Assembly: GCA_050290185.1 (NCBI GenBank)
Contig: JBNKHE010000010.1
Location: forward strand, 1 to 64,000
Direction of reading: 5' to 3'
Source: Pontiella sp.
GTDB lineage: Bacteria; Verrucomicrobiota; Kiritimatiellia; Kiritimatiellales; Pontiellaceae
Length of the DNA: 64,000 nt
This document shows, piece by piece, positions 35,945-46,764 of this stretch. The notes beneath the pieces were generated by a model. The model was not told the origin of the DNA. It did not search any database and saw only the letters and a program-made list of their open reading frames with translations. Positions within the stretch are counted from its first letter, which is position 1. Every line of letters begins with the position of its first letter. The translations under genes were made by a program, and so were the position numbers.

Positions 35945-38104
35945 ATGCCACCACATAGGGTTAAGCTGCGTGATATAGCCGAAGCACTTGGGGTGTCGCT
36001 GGCTACGGTTTCGTTGGCCTTGCGCGACCATACACGGATTTCCGATGCGATGCGTGAGCGCGTGCGCAAAAAGGCGGAGGAGATGGGCTATGTGCCGGAC
36101 CCGCGCATGGCAGCGTTGGCGAGCTACCGCAAGGATAGCAAGGCAAAGCCGAATCCGGTGACCTTGGCCTGGCTGAATCCATCGGCTAATCCCGAGAGTT
36201 TATATCGGTTTAAGGAATTTGCGCTGTACCGGGAGGGTGCATCCGAAGCTGCAAGCCGGCTTGGATTCCACTTGGAGGAGTTTGTGCTCACAGGGGGAGT
36301 GACTCCCCGTTCATTTGTGGATGACTTGAAGGCGCGATGCATCGAGGGCATTCTCGTGACCCCCCATCCTGATTCCGTGTTCGACTTGTCGGAGATCCCG
36401 GCATCGGATTTTACCATTGTTCGGCTCGGGCTTGCGTTGGATAAGCCTATGTACCATTCCATTACGGCGAACCATGAGGGCAACGGGGAGCTGGCGTTTA
36501 GGAAAGTGCGCGAAAAGGGGTACGAGCGCATCGGGTTTGTTACCGAGCAGCAAATACGGCTGCCGTTTGGTGCAGGGGTGTATTGGGAACAGAAGGAATG
36601 TCCGAAATCGCAGAAGGTACCGCTGCTTCTGTACCCTTCGGCGGATGAATCGGAGCAACTGGCGTTGTTATCCGGCTGGATTGACAAAGAGCAGCCTGAC
36701 GCCATCATAACGGATCTTCCACAGATCGTGGCGATGCTTGCCCAATTGGGAATCCGTGTTCCAGAGGATATCGCATTGGCCACCACCAGTATTCACGACA
36801 CCCCGATCAATGCAGGCATTGAGCAGCATTCCCAGGAAGTCGGGCGCTTGGCATTGTTGACCTTGGTATCGCTGTTGAATGAAGCGGATCGAGGGAGAGA
36901 CAGTATCCAAAAGCAGACCGTGGTGCAGGGCGAGTGGGTGGATGGAAGCATGTTGCCGTCGCGTATTCCGGAGAAGCAGGGTGCGGTGGAGAAGTCTTCA
37001 CCGGTGAGGGCGCAACCGAAGGCGGTGAAACGAAGGGATGTGCCAGCGAAAAGGGTGACGATGCGCGACATTGCCAGGGAAGTGGGGGTGACGCATGTCA
37101 CGGTTTCGCTGGCCTTGCGCAACCACCCGCGGATTTCGGAATCGATGCGCACCCGCATCCGCAGCAAGGCGGAGTCCATGGGGTATGTTTCCGATCCGAT
37201 GCTTGCGGCGATGCAGAATGTTTGCCGGGCCGAGAGTGAAAAGAACATCCAGTCGGAGCTGGCATGGTTCAACGTGTGGAAAGATCCGGAGAAACTGTAT
37301 TCCTACCACGAATTCGAACAGTACTGGAAGGGTGCGCAGGAAAGTGTCCGGCGGTATGGGTTCCATCTGGAGGAATATGTCGTCAAGGACTATTCCCCTC
37401 AACGGCTTGACCGGATTTTGAAAACCCGGAACATCCGGGGCATTCTCGTCCCACCCATACCACAGCCGTCCATCATCGATCTGAAGTCCTTCCCCTGGTG
37501 CGACTACACAACGGTCCGGTACGGTACGAACAACGATGTGCCTACGCCTTTTTCCATCGCGAGCGACCAGGAGGCCAATGGGGAAATTGCGCTCAACCAA
37601 GCGTGGCAACTCGGATATCGCCGGATCGGATTTGTCGGCGATCATGCCGTGCAGCGCACCTTTGGCGCTGGTTTCTACTGGGCATTGCGTATGCTGCCCC
37701 GGGATAGCCAACTGCCGCTGTTCTTCCTTCCGCTGGCCGATCCGGCACAGTACCGGAAGAAGCTGGCCGCCTGGATCGATAAGGAACGGCCTGACGCGAT
37801 TATCACCGACAATAGCGAACTTCCGCAACTACTCAGCGATCTGGGGATCCGCGTTCCCGACGACATTGCCTTGGCGACCACCAGCATTCACGACACCCCC
37901 ATAGATGCGGGAATCGACCAGCATTGCAGCGAGATTGGCCGTATGGGGGTGGTCTCTCTGATGTCGCATCTCAACAGTGGTCGATCGGGCGGATGCCCGA
38001 TCGAAAACCAGATCCGGGTAGAGGGAGAGTGGACCAACGGCGGCATGATGCCATCCCGGTTGTCGTCCGAGCCTGTCGTGCCGGAAATCCAAGGGACATC
38101 ATAG
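35945..38104 (+). CDS. Tandem LacI-LacI fusion transcriptional regulator
   Basis: Two complete units, each an HTH (RV..RDIA...GV...TVSLALR.H.RIS) plus a sensor ending PDAIITD..RVP.DIALATTSIHDTPI.AGI.QH..V.GEW..G.M.P. Start 35906 or 35945. Confidence 0.88.
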   Translation: MPPHRVKLRDIAEALGVSLATVSLALRDHTRISDAMRERVRKKAEEMGYVPDPRMAALASYRKDSKAKPNPVTLAWLNPSANPESLYRFKEFALYREGASEAASRLGFHLEEFVLTGGVTPRSFVDDLKARCIEGILVTPHPDSVFDLSEIPASDFTIVRLGLALDKPMYHSITANHEGNGELAFRKVREKGYERIGFVTEQQIRLPFGAGVYWEQKECPKSQKVPLLLYPSADESEQLALLSGWIDKEQPDAIITDLPQIVAMLAQLGIRVPEDIALATTSIHDTPINAGIEQHSQEVGRLALLTLVSLLNEADRGRDSIQKQTVVQGEWVDGSMLPSRIPEKQGAVEKSSPVRAQPKAVKRRDVPAKRVTMRDIAREVGVTHVTVSLALRNHPRISESMRTRIRSKAESMGYVSDPMLAAMQNVCRAESEKNIQSELAWFNVWKDPEKLYSYHEFEQYWKGAQESVRRYGFHLEEYVVKDYSPQRLDRILKTRNIRGILVPPIPQPSIIDLKSFPWCDYTTVRYGTNNDVPTPFSIASDQEANGEIALNQAWQLGYRRIGFVGDHAVQRTFGAGFYWALRMLPRDSQLPLFFLPLADPAQYRKKLAAWIDKERPDAIITDNSELPQLLSDLGIRVPDDIALATTSIHDTPIDAGIDQHCSEIGRMGVVSLMSHLNSGRSGGCPIENQIRVEGEWTNGGMMPSRLSSEPVVPEIQGTS

Positions 38105-38350
38105 GACTCTTCAAGGAACGGAAACATTCTGTAAACTAGGTAACTTTCATTATGTTCGCGTCGGCAAGCCTATTTGATATACATCTGTTTTCTCATAGGT
38201 TTTCTTCCTCCATAATGGAGGGGCTGGCCCGGTTATCGTTGGATAGCCGGGTTCGTTTTCCTATTGAAGGAAATCCGGGATGCCCGGCAAGTGACACTAT
38301 AGGGGCTCGTTTTTTGGTGATTCGAAAACGGATAAGGTGGGGTAGATTAA

Positions 38351-40888
38351 ATGAATGATGCAAAGCGCTTCAAAATCAAGGCAGGGCTTTTCGCAGGTAT
38401 CGGTCTTTCGATGGTGTTTGCGGCGACTTCAGCATGTACTGCGGATAAGGCGAATGGTCTGAATAGGCCATCGGGCGTAGCCCAGTATCTTCCGCATCCG
38501 GAACGCATCCGTTACGACGGACACTGTTTCACGATCGAAGGGCAGGACGTGTTTATCCGCAGCGCGGAATTCCAATATTTCCGCACACCGCGTGCGTTGT
38601 GGCGCGACCGTTTCCAGAAAATCAAGGACGCCGGCTTCAACACCGTCGATACCTATGTGCCATGGAACTGGCACGAGCAGCAGATGCCCGACAGTCTCGA
38701 TGACTATTCCAAGGTGGACCTGTCCGAAATCGAAGCCTGGCTGGACATGGCGCAAAACGAGTTTGGCTTCTACACCATTGTCCGCCCTGGACCATTCATC
38801 TGCGCCGAGTGGGCCGGCGGCGGTTATCCGCGCTGGCTGGCGAAGTTCTGTCCCTTCACCGGCAAGGATTTCTGGTTGCGCAGCGGCGATTCGGAGCATA
38901 TTGCCTGGAGTGTCCATTGGTACAACGCCGTTTGCAAGCTGTTTGCCAGGGAACAGCTCACCCGCAAGCCGGTAGGCGACAAGGGCATCATCATGGTGCA
39001 GATCGAAAACGAATTCGACCATTACAAGGGCCCCGATAAACCCGACCTGATGCGCGCCCTGTACAATGCCGTGAAGGATTCGGGCGTCGACGTTCCGATC
39101 TTTACCTGCATGACTCGCGAGTGCCGCGCAAGCAATGATCCGGTGCTGTCGCAGGTGTTCGATTCCGACAACTACTATGTGGGTCTTTCCGATGCCCCGA
39201 CCTGTGCGCATCGCATGATGACGCTGAAAGCAACCCAGCCGGACGTGCCGGGTTTCGTCACCGAACTGCAGGGCGGCTGGTTTTCGCTGGTCGGCGGTTC
39301 ACTCGCCGAAGAGCACTATTCCGACGAACGTCACTACAACGCCATCAGTTTAATGTCGTTGCTCGGCGGCGCAGCTGGACTGAACTCCTACGTGTTTGTC
39401 GGCGGAACGCATTTCGGCGGCTGGCAGGCCCGTGGACAGACGACGACCTACGACTACAACGCCGCCATCCGCGAGAGCGGTGCGCGCAGTCCAAAATACG
39501 TTGCAGCCGCCGGCGTCAACGAGTTCATCCGCGACAACGAGGCGCAACTGTTACGCGCCAACGGCGGGCCGTGCGAACTGCAGGGTGCGTCGACCAATCT
39601 GTTCGGCGGCGTGCGCGTCGGACCGGACGGAACGATGTTCGTTTTCCTCAACAATACCGATCCTGAAAATCCCGTTTCCGGTGAAGTCACGGTCGTGCCG
39701 GGAAAAATCGTAATGTCGGGCGAACCGGTCTACAACATCGACCAGGAAGGACACCGCGAACTGATCAAAACGGATGACGCGTCGGCGCATTCCATCGATG
39801 TTCCGCCCTTCGAGGTGGAGTACGAACTCGGCGCGCTCGGCACAAAGGTGCTCGTCATTCCTCCGGAGAAAACACCGGCGGAAGGCGTCTGGTATCCCAA
39901 GCCGCAAGAACCCATCGCGCGTCCGGCCGTGTTGCCCGCGCCAGTGCGCATCGCCGCGGCGCTCAAGCGCAACGACCCGCTCGACGGGCAATGGATGCCG
40001 TTGGACGGAAAATCGCTGCCGGAACTCGGCGTGAATGATCAACGATACGTGCTCTACCGCGCCCGGTTTTCACTGGCATCCGGCCAGGCGGAGAAGCTGA
40101 ACAAACTGTTGATCAACATGTATACCCGCGACCTGGTTTTCGCGCAGGTCAACGGCAAGATCGCCAAGCGGCTTCATCCGAGCGATGAATATGCCGCCGC
40201 GGCCACGCGTAACAAGGCGACCTCGTTCGACCGCATCCGGCCCGACGACTTCGACAACCGTTTCGATACCGAAGGCCTGCTGCATACCGGCGATAACGAA
40301 ATCGTACTGCTCTACGAAAACATCGGGTTCGAGCACGGCTACATCCCGATGGAAGAGCTGAGCGGTATCCGGATGGCGGGCCTTTCGGAAAACGAAACGG
40401 CCATTGAACAACCGCTCGACTTGCAGGTTGCGCTGCATACCGGTGGCGTCGCCGCCGGCTGGACGCAGGCAGGTTTTGATGCAAAGGATTGGGCGAACGT
40501 CGCGCTCGACATCAAGGATTTCATTCCGCGCAAGGGCAACAATATCCAGCCCAAGGGGAATCACGATGCCCTGATGACGTGGTACCGACTGGAGTTTGAA
40601 TTGCCGGCTACTCCCGAAGGCAAATGGATTCCCTGGCGGTTGCTGATCAATGCTTCCGGAACCGGTTACATGTGGCTCAACGGCCATGACATCGGCCGCC
40701 ATTGGGGGGTCGGTCCGCAGCGGGAATTCTACCTGCCCGAATGCTGGCTAAATTTCGGAAAAGGGAATAAAAACGTGCTCGTGATGGGCCTGAGCCAAGC
40801 CATGAACGGCGCGGTACTCCACGCCGCCGAGGTTTCACCCTATCCCGATGCCGCTGAACTCTTGCCATACAAGGATGAGGAAAAATGA
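38351..40888 (+). CDS. Beta-galactosidase, GH35
   Basis: EFQYFR.P..LWRDR..KIK.AGFN.V.TYVPWN.HE, RPGP.ICAEW..GG.P.WL, VQIENE, TELQGGWF and YDYNAAIRE.G. Confidence 0.9.
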   Translation: MNDAKRFKIKAGLFAGIGLSMVFAATSACTADKANGLNRPSGVAQYLPHPERIRYDGHCFTIEGQDVFIRSAEFQYFRTPRALWRDRFQKIKDAGFNTVDTYVPWNWHEQQMPDSLDDYSKVDLSEIEAWLDMAQNEFGFYTIVRPGPFICAEWAGGGYPRWLAKFCPFTGKDFWLRSGDSEHIAWSVHWYNAVCKLFAREQLTRKPVGDKGIIMVQIENEFDHYKGPDKPDLMRALYNAVKDSGVDVPIFTCMTRECRASNDPVLSQVFDSDNYYVGLSDAPTCAHRMMTLKATQPDVPGFVTELQGGWFSLVGGSLAEEHYSDERHYNAISLMSLLGGAAGLNSYVFVGGTHFGGWQARGQTTTYDYNAAIRESGARSPKYVAAAGVNEFIRDNEAQLLRANGGPCELQGASTNLFGGVRVGPDGTMFVFLNNTDPENPVSGEVTVVPGKIVMSGEPVYNIDQEGHRELIKTDDASAHSIDVPPFEVEYELGALGTKVLVIPPEKTPAEGVWYPKPQEPIARPAVLPAPVRIAAALKRNDPLDGQWMPLDGKSLPELGVNDQRYVLYRARFSLASGQAEKLNKLLINMYTRDLVFAQVNGKIAKRLHPSDEYAAAATRNKATSFDRIRPDDFDNRFDTEGLLHTGDNEIVLLYENIGFEHGYIPMEELSGIRMAGLSENETAIEQPLDLQVALHTGGVAAGWTQAGFDAKDWANVALDIKDFIPRKGNNIQPKGNHDALMTWYRLEFELPATPEGKWIPWRLLINASGTGYMWLNGHDIGRHWGVGPQREFYLPECWLNFGKGNKNVLVMGLSQAMNGAVLHAAEVSPYPDAAELLPYKDEEK

Positions 40889-42726
40889 TGAAACATGCTG
40901 CCAGACTCAAATATCTGTTCCTTCTGATGCCGTGCTTGCTCGGGTGCACTCTGCATGCGGCGGATCGGCTGCCTACGACCGTGGCCTCCCCGGACGGGAA
41001 GCTGGAGGTGACCTTGACCGCCGCTCCCGACGGAACCCTGTCATATTCCTTCAAGGCGGAGGGAAAGGAATGGGTCAAGCCCTCTCCGACGGGATTGGCC
41101 GGCGGTGCTTTTAAAAAGCTGGCCCGTCGTTCGGTGGACTCCGTTTGGAAGCCGCTCTGGGGCAAGCGTACGCAGGTTCCGGAGATGTTCAACGAGATCG
41201 CGGTGGACATGAAATCCTACAAGTTCTTTGTCCGGGTCTACAACGACGGCATGGCGTTCCGCACGGAAGGGGAGAGTGGCGGTCCGGAAATGACCCGCTT
41301 CAATTTCTCCGGGGACTATACGGCTTGGTACACCAACCTTGAACGCCACAACATCGGTCCCGAAAAACTCTCCGAGGGCAGGGGGAAACGGTTGCCCGTC
41401 ATGACGATCCAGGCGGACGGCCGGGTATTCATGGCCGTGCACGAGGCGGATCTTCCGGATGGCGCCGAGCCGATGCTGCTCGAAGTCGTGCAGGGCGAAA
41501 ATGCCGTCAAGGTGTGCACCCGCCAGAGTTCGGCCTGGCGCGTGATCATGTTCGGGCATACGCCCGGCGCATTGGTCGATTCCGATCTGCTCGAGCTGCT
41601 CAATCCGCCGCCCGAAAAAGGGATGGACTTTTCGTGGGTCAAGCCCGGCATCGTGCTGTGGGACTGGCGGATCAACGGGGCCAAGGTGGACGGCTTCGAC
41701 TACCACATGGATTATCCCTCCTGGATCCGGATGGTCGATTTTGCGGCGGAGGAAGGCTTTCCGTACCTGATGCTCGACGCCGACTGGTACGGCAAGGAAT
41801 TTGCCCGCGAGTCCAACCCGACCACGGGGGGCTACGCAGGGGATGCCCGGAAGCTGATCAAGTATGCCAAATCGAAAAACGTTGGTATCTGGCTCTACAT
41901 GAACGATGTTGCCGGCAAGAACTACCCGATCGAAGAGACGTTGGCAACCTACCACAAGTGGGGAGCAGCCGGTGTCAAATACGGGTTTATGAGAGGGAAC
42001 GAAACCGAGAAGAACGCCTGGACGCAGAAGATCACGCGTCTGTGCGCCGAGAATGAGCTTTTATGCGACTTCCACGACGGACCCGTCCACCCCTTCGGCC
42101 AGTACCGGACCTGGCCCAATGCCCTGACCCGCGAGTTCTGCCAGGCGCAGCTCGACGGCCACAAGGTGTTCCAACCCAAGACCTTCGTCACGAGCGTCTT
42201 CGTCAACATGCTCGCCGGCCCGATCGACATGAACAACGGTCTCGCAGACCTCACCCAGAAAGGCCGCGTGGACCATGGCGTGCCCGTGCCCTCCACGCTC
42301 ACCGCCGAGATCGCCCGTACGCTGATTGTTTTTTCGGGGGCGACCGTTATTCCGGATATCCCGGAATACTACCGGAAGCATCCTGAACTGCTGGCATTTC
42401 TCGCAGCCGAAAAAATGCCGTGGCGCGAGAGCAAGACGCTCGACGGCGTCATTGGCGAATACATCGTCATGGCGCGACAGGCCGCCGACGGCGCCTGGCT
42501 GGTCGGAGCCGCTACCAACGAGGATGCGCGGGAGCTGGATGTATCGCTCGGGTTCCTGCCCGAAGGCCGGTACGCAGCCATGGTCATTCAGGACGGTCCG
42601 GAATCCGACTACCGCACCCACGCCGAAGACTATCGGGTGGAGAAGCAGGAAGTCTCTTCCTCTACCACGCTGCATTTGAAACTGGCCCCCGGCGGCGGTG
42701 CGTGCGTTTTGATCAAGAAACGATAA
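40885..42726 (+). CDS. Glycoside hydrolase family 97
   Basis: SPDGKL.V, SWVKPG, DADWYG, GVKYGF, DFHDG..HP.G..RTWPN..TRE, NMLAGPIDM.NG and LAPGGG. Confidence 0.88.
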   Translation: MMKHAARLKYLFLLMPCLLGCTLHAADRLPTTVASPDGKLEVTLTAAPDGTLSYSFKAEGKEWVKPSPTGLAGGAFKKLARRSVDSVWKPLWGKRTQVPEMFNEIAVDMKSYKFFVRVYNDGMAFRTEGESGGPEMTRFNFSGDYTAWYTNLERHNIGPEKLSEGRGKRLPVMTIQADGRVFMAVHEADLPDGAEPMLLEVVQGENAVKVCTRQSSAWRVIMFGHTPGALVDSDLLELLNPPPEKGMDFSWVKPGIVLWDWRINGAKVDGFDYHMDYPSWIRMVDFAAEEGFPYLMLDADWYGKEFARESNPTTGGYAGDARKLIKYAKSKNVGIWLYMNDVAGKNYPIEETLATYHKWGAAGVKYGFMRGNETEKNAWTQKITRLCAENELLCDFHDGPVHPFGQYRTWPNALTREFCQAQLDGHKVFQPKTFVTSVFVNMLAGPIDMNNGLADLTQKGRVDHGVPVPSTLTAEIARTLIVFSGATVIPDIPEYYRKHPELLAFLAAEKMPWRESKTLDGVIGEYIVMARQAADGAWLVGAATNEDARELDVSLGFLPEGRYAAMVIQDGPESDYRTHAEDYRVEKQEVSSSTTLHLKLAPGGGACVLIKKR

Positions 42727-42777
42727 GCGAAACAATCCAATGACGCGTGTGAAAACAATCCGCATGAGGGCGGTTGA

Positions 42778-45700
42778 ATGAGTAGACGTTTCGGCATTTT
42801 TTGCTTGGTTGCCGGGACGGCCCTCCTTTCGTTCGCCGCGCCGGCGGAGTCCGCTTCGACGATCCTGACGGACAACGTGGTCGAACTGCGCGAGACGGTT
42901 TCGCCGCAGGGTTTCGTGCATCCGGGTATCAGTTGCAACGCGGAGACGCTCACTGTCATGCGCGAGAAGGTGATTGCGGGCGTGTCGCCGTGGGTCGACT
43001 ACTTCGAGGGAATGCGCCGTACCCGTTATGCCGACCCGAATCGCAGGCCTGCGCGTGTCGAGCAAATCCTCAATGATGGTGGCATCAATGGTCTGGCTCA
43101 TGATGCCCAGCTCGCATGGGTGCAAACCATTCTCTACATCGTCACCGGCAACGAGGAATACCGGAAACTCCCGGTGGAAATCATCAACTGGTATGGCTCG
43201 CGGACGGAGGTTGATTTCTTCCCCGAATACTTCACCGACAGTCATATCAAGATCGGGAAATACGTCTACACCCTGTGCAGCGCCGCGGACATCCTGCGGG
43301 CCACTTCGCCGAAGGATGAACGGCTCGCCGTGACGCCGGCGATGATCGACGCGCTTCAGAAAAACTGCATCCATTCGATCCGGAAGAACTGCATCGAGCG
43401 CAACGACTACTTCATGAACCAGCATACCTATGCGATCATGGGCTTTCTCGCATCCACGATCCTTGGTGATGAGGTGGAGGACTATAGGAAAGCTGTGGAG
43501 TGGACGACCGTCAACTCGACCACTCCAAACCGGGGACGGAGCGGAGATATCAAGAATCAGATCCGCCTGGTCACGCGCAATGACAAAACCGGCGAAGCCG
43601 TCGCACCGAATCTTCAACTGATGGAAATGGGCCGCGACATGCCCCACGCGGAGGGCAACATCAATAATTTGATGATGATGTCGAAAACGATCGATTTTCA
43701 GAAAACGAAAGTGGATCCGGTGGCCGGCACGGTCACCGACAAAGCGGATGGGATTGCGTGCATTCATTTTCTGAACGACCGCCTGCCCAAAGGGGCGGCG
43801 TTGTATGCGAAGTTTAATCTGGGGTACGGACTGCCCTGGGTGCCGAGCTATTCCGAGACCGATCCCGATCATCCTGACTATGGGGGGCGCTATGACTATA
43901 TCAGTCCCCGGGGACGCGGCGCGTACGGCAAGGCTTTGCATTACTATTATCTTAAAGGGGTCGGGATCGATATGGAGTCGGGGCCGTGTCGCTTCGTCAA
44001 AGTGGCGTTTGATGCCACGGCGGCCGGCCATGAGCGGGCACGCTCCGGTGTCTATTTGGACAGTATCCATAATTATGGTTTCGATTTCTGGATCGGGCTC
44101 CCCGCGGCCGCATCCGACGCTGCGCCTGACCCAAAGAAAGCGAAGCGTGCGCTGTCGACCGTGCTTCCGCCGTTGGAAGTGACCTATGAAGGCAAGCCGG
44201 TGGAGGGTCAGCAATTCGAGTATCAATTCGTTGATTTGTCGGCTCACGCCCAGCCTGGAGACATTTATCCCGGTTCGCCGGACGACATCCCCTTGCAGGT
44301 TCGACATGATGCCGATGATACCGGTTATGTCCGCATGACGATCAAAAAGGAACCGCGTACCATGGTGCTCTCCAGCCGGTTCCCGCGGGGTTCCGCGTTG
44401 CGGGTGCGCAGCGACGCCTTCGTGAAGGTGGGTTTCTACCACGACGAGAAATCTGCCATGCGCGGCGGAGACAACCGGGATCTCTACATTCCAGATACGA
44501 AGGGCGAGTGGATCGATGTGATCCCCGACGTTGACGGAAACGGCCTGCTCTACATCCAGGTTACGCCTCTGACGGGGCCGGGGATCATCGATTTCGATCG
44601 CATTGATACCGAAACGGAGCAGATATCGCAGGTCAAATTTGATGCTCCCGGAGCATCGGAGCCGATTACGACATACGTTGGCGCACCCGTTGTGAAAAGC
44701 TACAAGGCCACCCCTAACAAGCACCTGCATGGCGGGGCTGGTTGGATGGCAGGCCGGTCCGGACCGGCCCTGTGCCTGAGCGGCAACCGGCAGTTTGCCA
44801 GTCTGAAAGAGGGTGTGGTCAGCGATTTGAACTCCTTCAGCATCAGCGCATGGGTGAAACTCGATAGGGTCGCACGCTGGGCGCGTATTTTCGATTTCGG
44901 AGACGGCCACGACAATTACATGTGTTTAGCAGCATCAGATGGGCGAGGGCCGAAATTCGTCATTCGAACCCAGGACGAGGGAGAACGGTCTGTGTCCGGA
45001 ACGAAGTCGCTTGAAGCGGGCGTCTGGGAGCATGTGGTGGTGACTCTTTCCGGAAACACCGGGACGCTGTATGTGAATGGCGAAGAAACGGGCCGGAATT
45101 CGAATATCACGCTGCGGCCATCCGACTTGGGTAAAACCAGCCAAAACTATATCGGCAAATCACAATGGCCGGATCCGTTCCTGGCCGGGATGGTGGAGGA
45201 TTTCACGATCTTCAACAAGGCGCTGAGCGCAGATGAGGTCAAAGACATTTACGCCGGCAAAGCGCGCATTAAGGCGACGAAACGGCGGGTGCATTACAGG
45301 TTTGACCCTGCCACGCTTCGAAGCGTGGGCAGCAAGGACGAGGTCCGGCACGCGGTCGTGAATCGGCCTGCAGGGGCCATCTTCGATCAAGAGACCGGCA
45401 GGTTTGGATGGAAACCCACCGCAGAGCAGGTGGGCGATCATGCGTTCTACATCATCGCCCGGGCTGACGATGTTGTTCAGACTCTTCCTGTGCAGATCCA
45501 TGTCGCTCGTGACGAGCAGGCGGCGCTGGACTATGTGGCTCGCGCCTATGATTCGACGCAGCAGTATGTTTCGGCTACCGAACAGGCGTTCAAGGCGGCG
45601 CTGGAATCCCGTGACACGCCCGCGCTGCGGCGGGCCGTGGATGGATTGAAGCTTTTGAATCCGCGCCTGCCCGATGGCACATTGGATTACCGTGTGGCGA

Positions 45701-46764
45701 AGTGTACGCGGCCACAACTGATCAAGATCGATAAGATGGCTGATGACGACCCGTTTACCTGGGGCGGGATCTGGGGATTTGATAAGAACATCACCATGGA
45801 TTTCGGGAATCACTTCAAGGTGAAATCCGAAGCGTTCCGCCTCCTGACCCGCGATGGTTTTCCTGCCCGCATGGCGGAAACCGTAGTCTATGGATCGAAT
45901 GACCGCCGGCACTGGACGTTGTTGACCGAAACCAAGACCGTAAAATCCCCTGATTTCCAGAGTTTGACGGTCAAGGAGGAGGAGCGGAACAAGGCGTATC
46001 GGTATCTCCGCCTGTTCATGCCGGCCAAGCCGCTTCCCATTTTCGAGGTCGCGGAGTTTCGCATTATCGGCGAACGCATCGAGGATTACAGCCCGGACTA
46101 CTCTGTCGCGTATATCAAGGGATATGACGACGGCACCTTCCGCCCGGATCGGAACATGACGAAGGCCGAGGCGATCTGCGCGCTGGCCAATCTGGTGGAC
46201 TTCTACACGGACCGGGGCGTGTACACGTGTGATTTTACCGATGTGCCCACGAATGCGCCGTACTACGATGATGTGGCCTATATGTCGAGCAAGGGCATCG
46301 GGGATACCTGGGAACAGCCGGTGAAGTATGTCACCGGCGACGCGGAAAACCGCTTCCATCCAGAGGAACCGATTACACGTGGAGAGCTGGCAGGCATTAT
46401 GTCCCGGATGCAATGGTTGAAGGGGGCTGATGGCCCTGAATTGAATGACGTTGGCGACGACACCCCGCATGCCGCCGAGATCCGGCGCGTCGCGCGGGAA
46501 GGATGGCTGACGGCCGATGAAAACGGTGCCTTCCATCCCGATGCTCCGGTGACCCGTGCGGAGTTCGTCGTGGCCGCCAACTGCATGACCGGGCGGAACA
46601 CCTCTCAACCACCGGGCGAGGGCATGCCGACATTCTCCGATGTGAACGCCGCACACCCCGCCTATGTCGATATCATGAAGGCCACTACCACGTATCCGGT
46701 GCAGGCGGGCCCAGTGGAATCTTCTTTCGTAAAGGACTCAAACAAAATCAAAGGACACCAATGA
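42778..46764 (+). CDS. Large secreted modular protein: alginate-lyase-like helical domain, LamG, Ig-like, F5/8-type C and three SLH domains
   Basis: GFVHPGI, Y.VTGNEEYR...I..W, MNQH and EMGRD..HA; LamG WARIFDFG..NYIGKSQW; SLH motifs IKGYDDGTFRPD..MT.AE, FHPE..ITRGE and FHPDAPVTRAE. Confidence 0.7.
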   Translation: MSRRFGIFCLVAGTALLSFAAPAESASTILTDNVVELRETVSPQGFVHPGISCNAETLTVMREKVIAGVSPWVDYFEGMRRTRYADPNRRPARVEQILNDGGINGLAHDAQLAWVQTILYIVTGNEEYRKLPVEIINWYGSRTEVDFFPEYFTDSHIKIGKYVYTLCSAADILRATSPKDERLAVTPAMIDALQKNCIHSIRKNCIERNDYFMNQHTYAIMGFLASTILGDEVEDYRKAVEWTTVNSTTPNRGRSGDIKNQIRLVTRNDKTGEAVAPNLQLMEMGRDMPHAEGNINNLMMMSKTIDFQKTKVDPVAGTVTDKADGIACIHFLNDRLPKGAALYAKFNLGYGLPWVPSYSETDPDHPDYGGRYDYISPRGRGAYGKALHYYYLKGVGIDMESGPCRFVKVAFDATAAGHERARSGVYLDSIHNYGFDFWIGLPAAASDAAPDPKKAKRALSTVLPPLEVTYEGKPVEGQQFEYQFVDLSAHAQPGDIYPGSPDDIPLQVRHDADDTGYVRMTIKKEPRTMVLSSRFPRGSALRVRSDAFVKVGFYHDEKSAMRGGDNRDLYIPDTKGEWIDVIPDVDGNGLLYIQVTPLTGPGIIDFDRIDTETEQISQVKFDAPGASEPITTYVGAPVVKSYKATPNKHLHGGAGWMAGRSGPALCLSGNRQFASLKEGVVSDLNSFSISAWVKLDRVARWARIFDFGDGHDNYMCLAASDGRGPKFVIRTQDEGERSVSGTKSLEAGVWEHVVVTLSGNTGTLYVNGEETGRNSNITLRPSDLGKTSQNYIGKSQWPDPFLAGMVEDFTIFNKALSADEVKDIYAGKARIKATKRRVHYRFDPATLRSVGSKDEVRHAVVNRPAGAIFDQETGRFGWKPTAEQVGDHAFYIIARADDVVQTLPVQIHVARDEQAALDYVARAYDSTQQYVSATEQAFKAALESRDTPALRRAVDGLKLLNPRLPDGTLDYRVAKCTRPQLIKIDKMADDDPFTWGGIWGFDKNITMDFGNHFKVKSEAFRLLTRDGFPARMAETVVYGSNDRRHWTLLTETKTVKSPDFQSLTVKEEERNKAYRYLRLFMPAKPLPIFEVAEFRIIGERIEDYSPDYSVAYIKGYDDGTFRPDRNMTKAEAICALANLVDFYTDRGVYTCDFTDVPTNAPYYDDVAYMSSKGIGDTWEQPVKYVTGDAENRFHPEEPITRGELAGIMSRMQWLKGADGPELNDVGDDTPHAAEIRRVAREGWLTADENGAFHPDAPVTRAEFVVAANCMTGRNTSQPPGEGMPTFSDVNAAHPAYVDIMKATTTYPVQAGPVESSFVKDSNKIKGHQ

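Noticed and set aside
42061..44910. Long antisense ORFs (949 aa here; also 3784-5685, 6636-8483, 45160-46656, 60074-61969)
   Set aside because: They are shadows of GC-rich sense genes that carry clear family motifs; the antisense translations have no recognisable domains.
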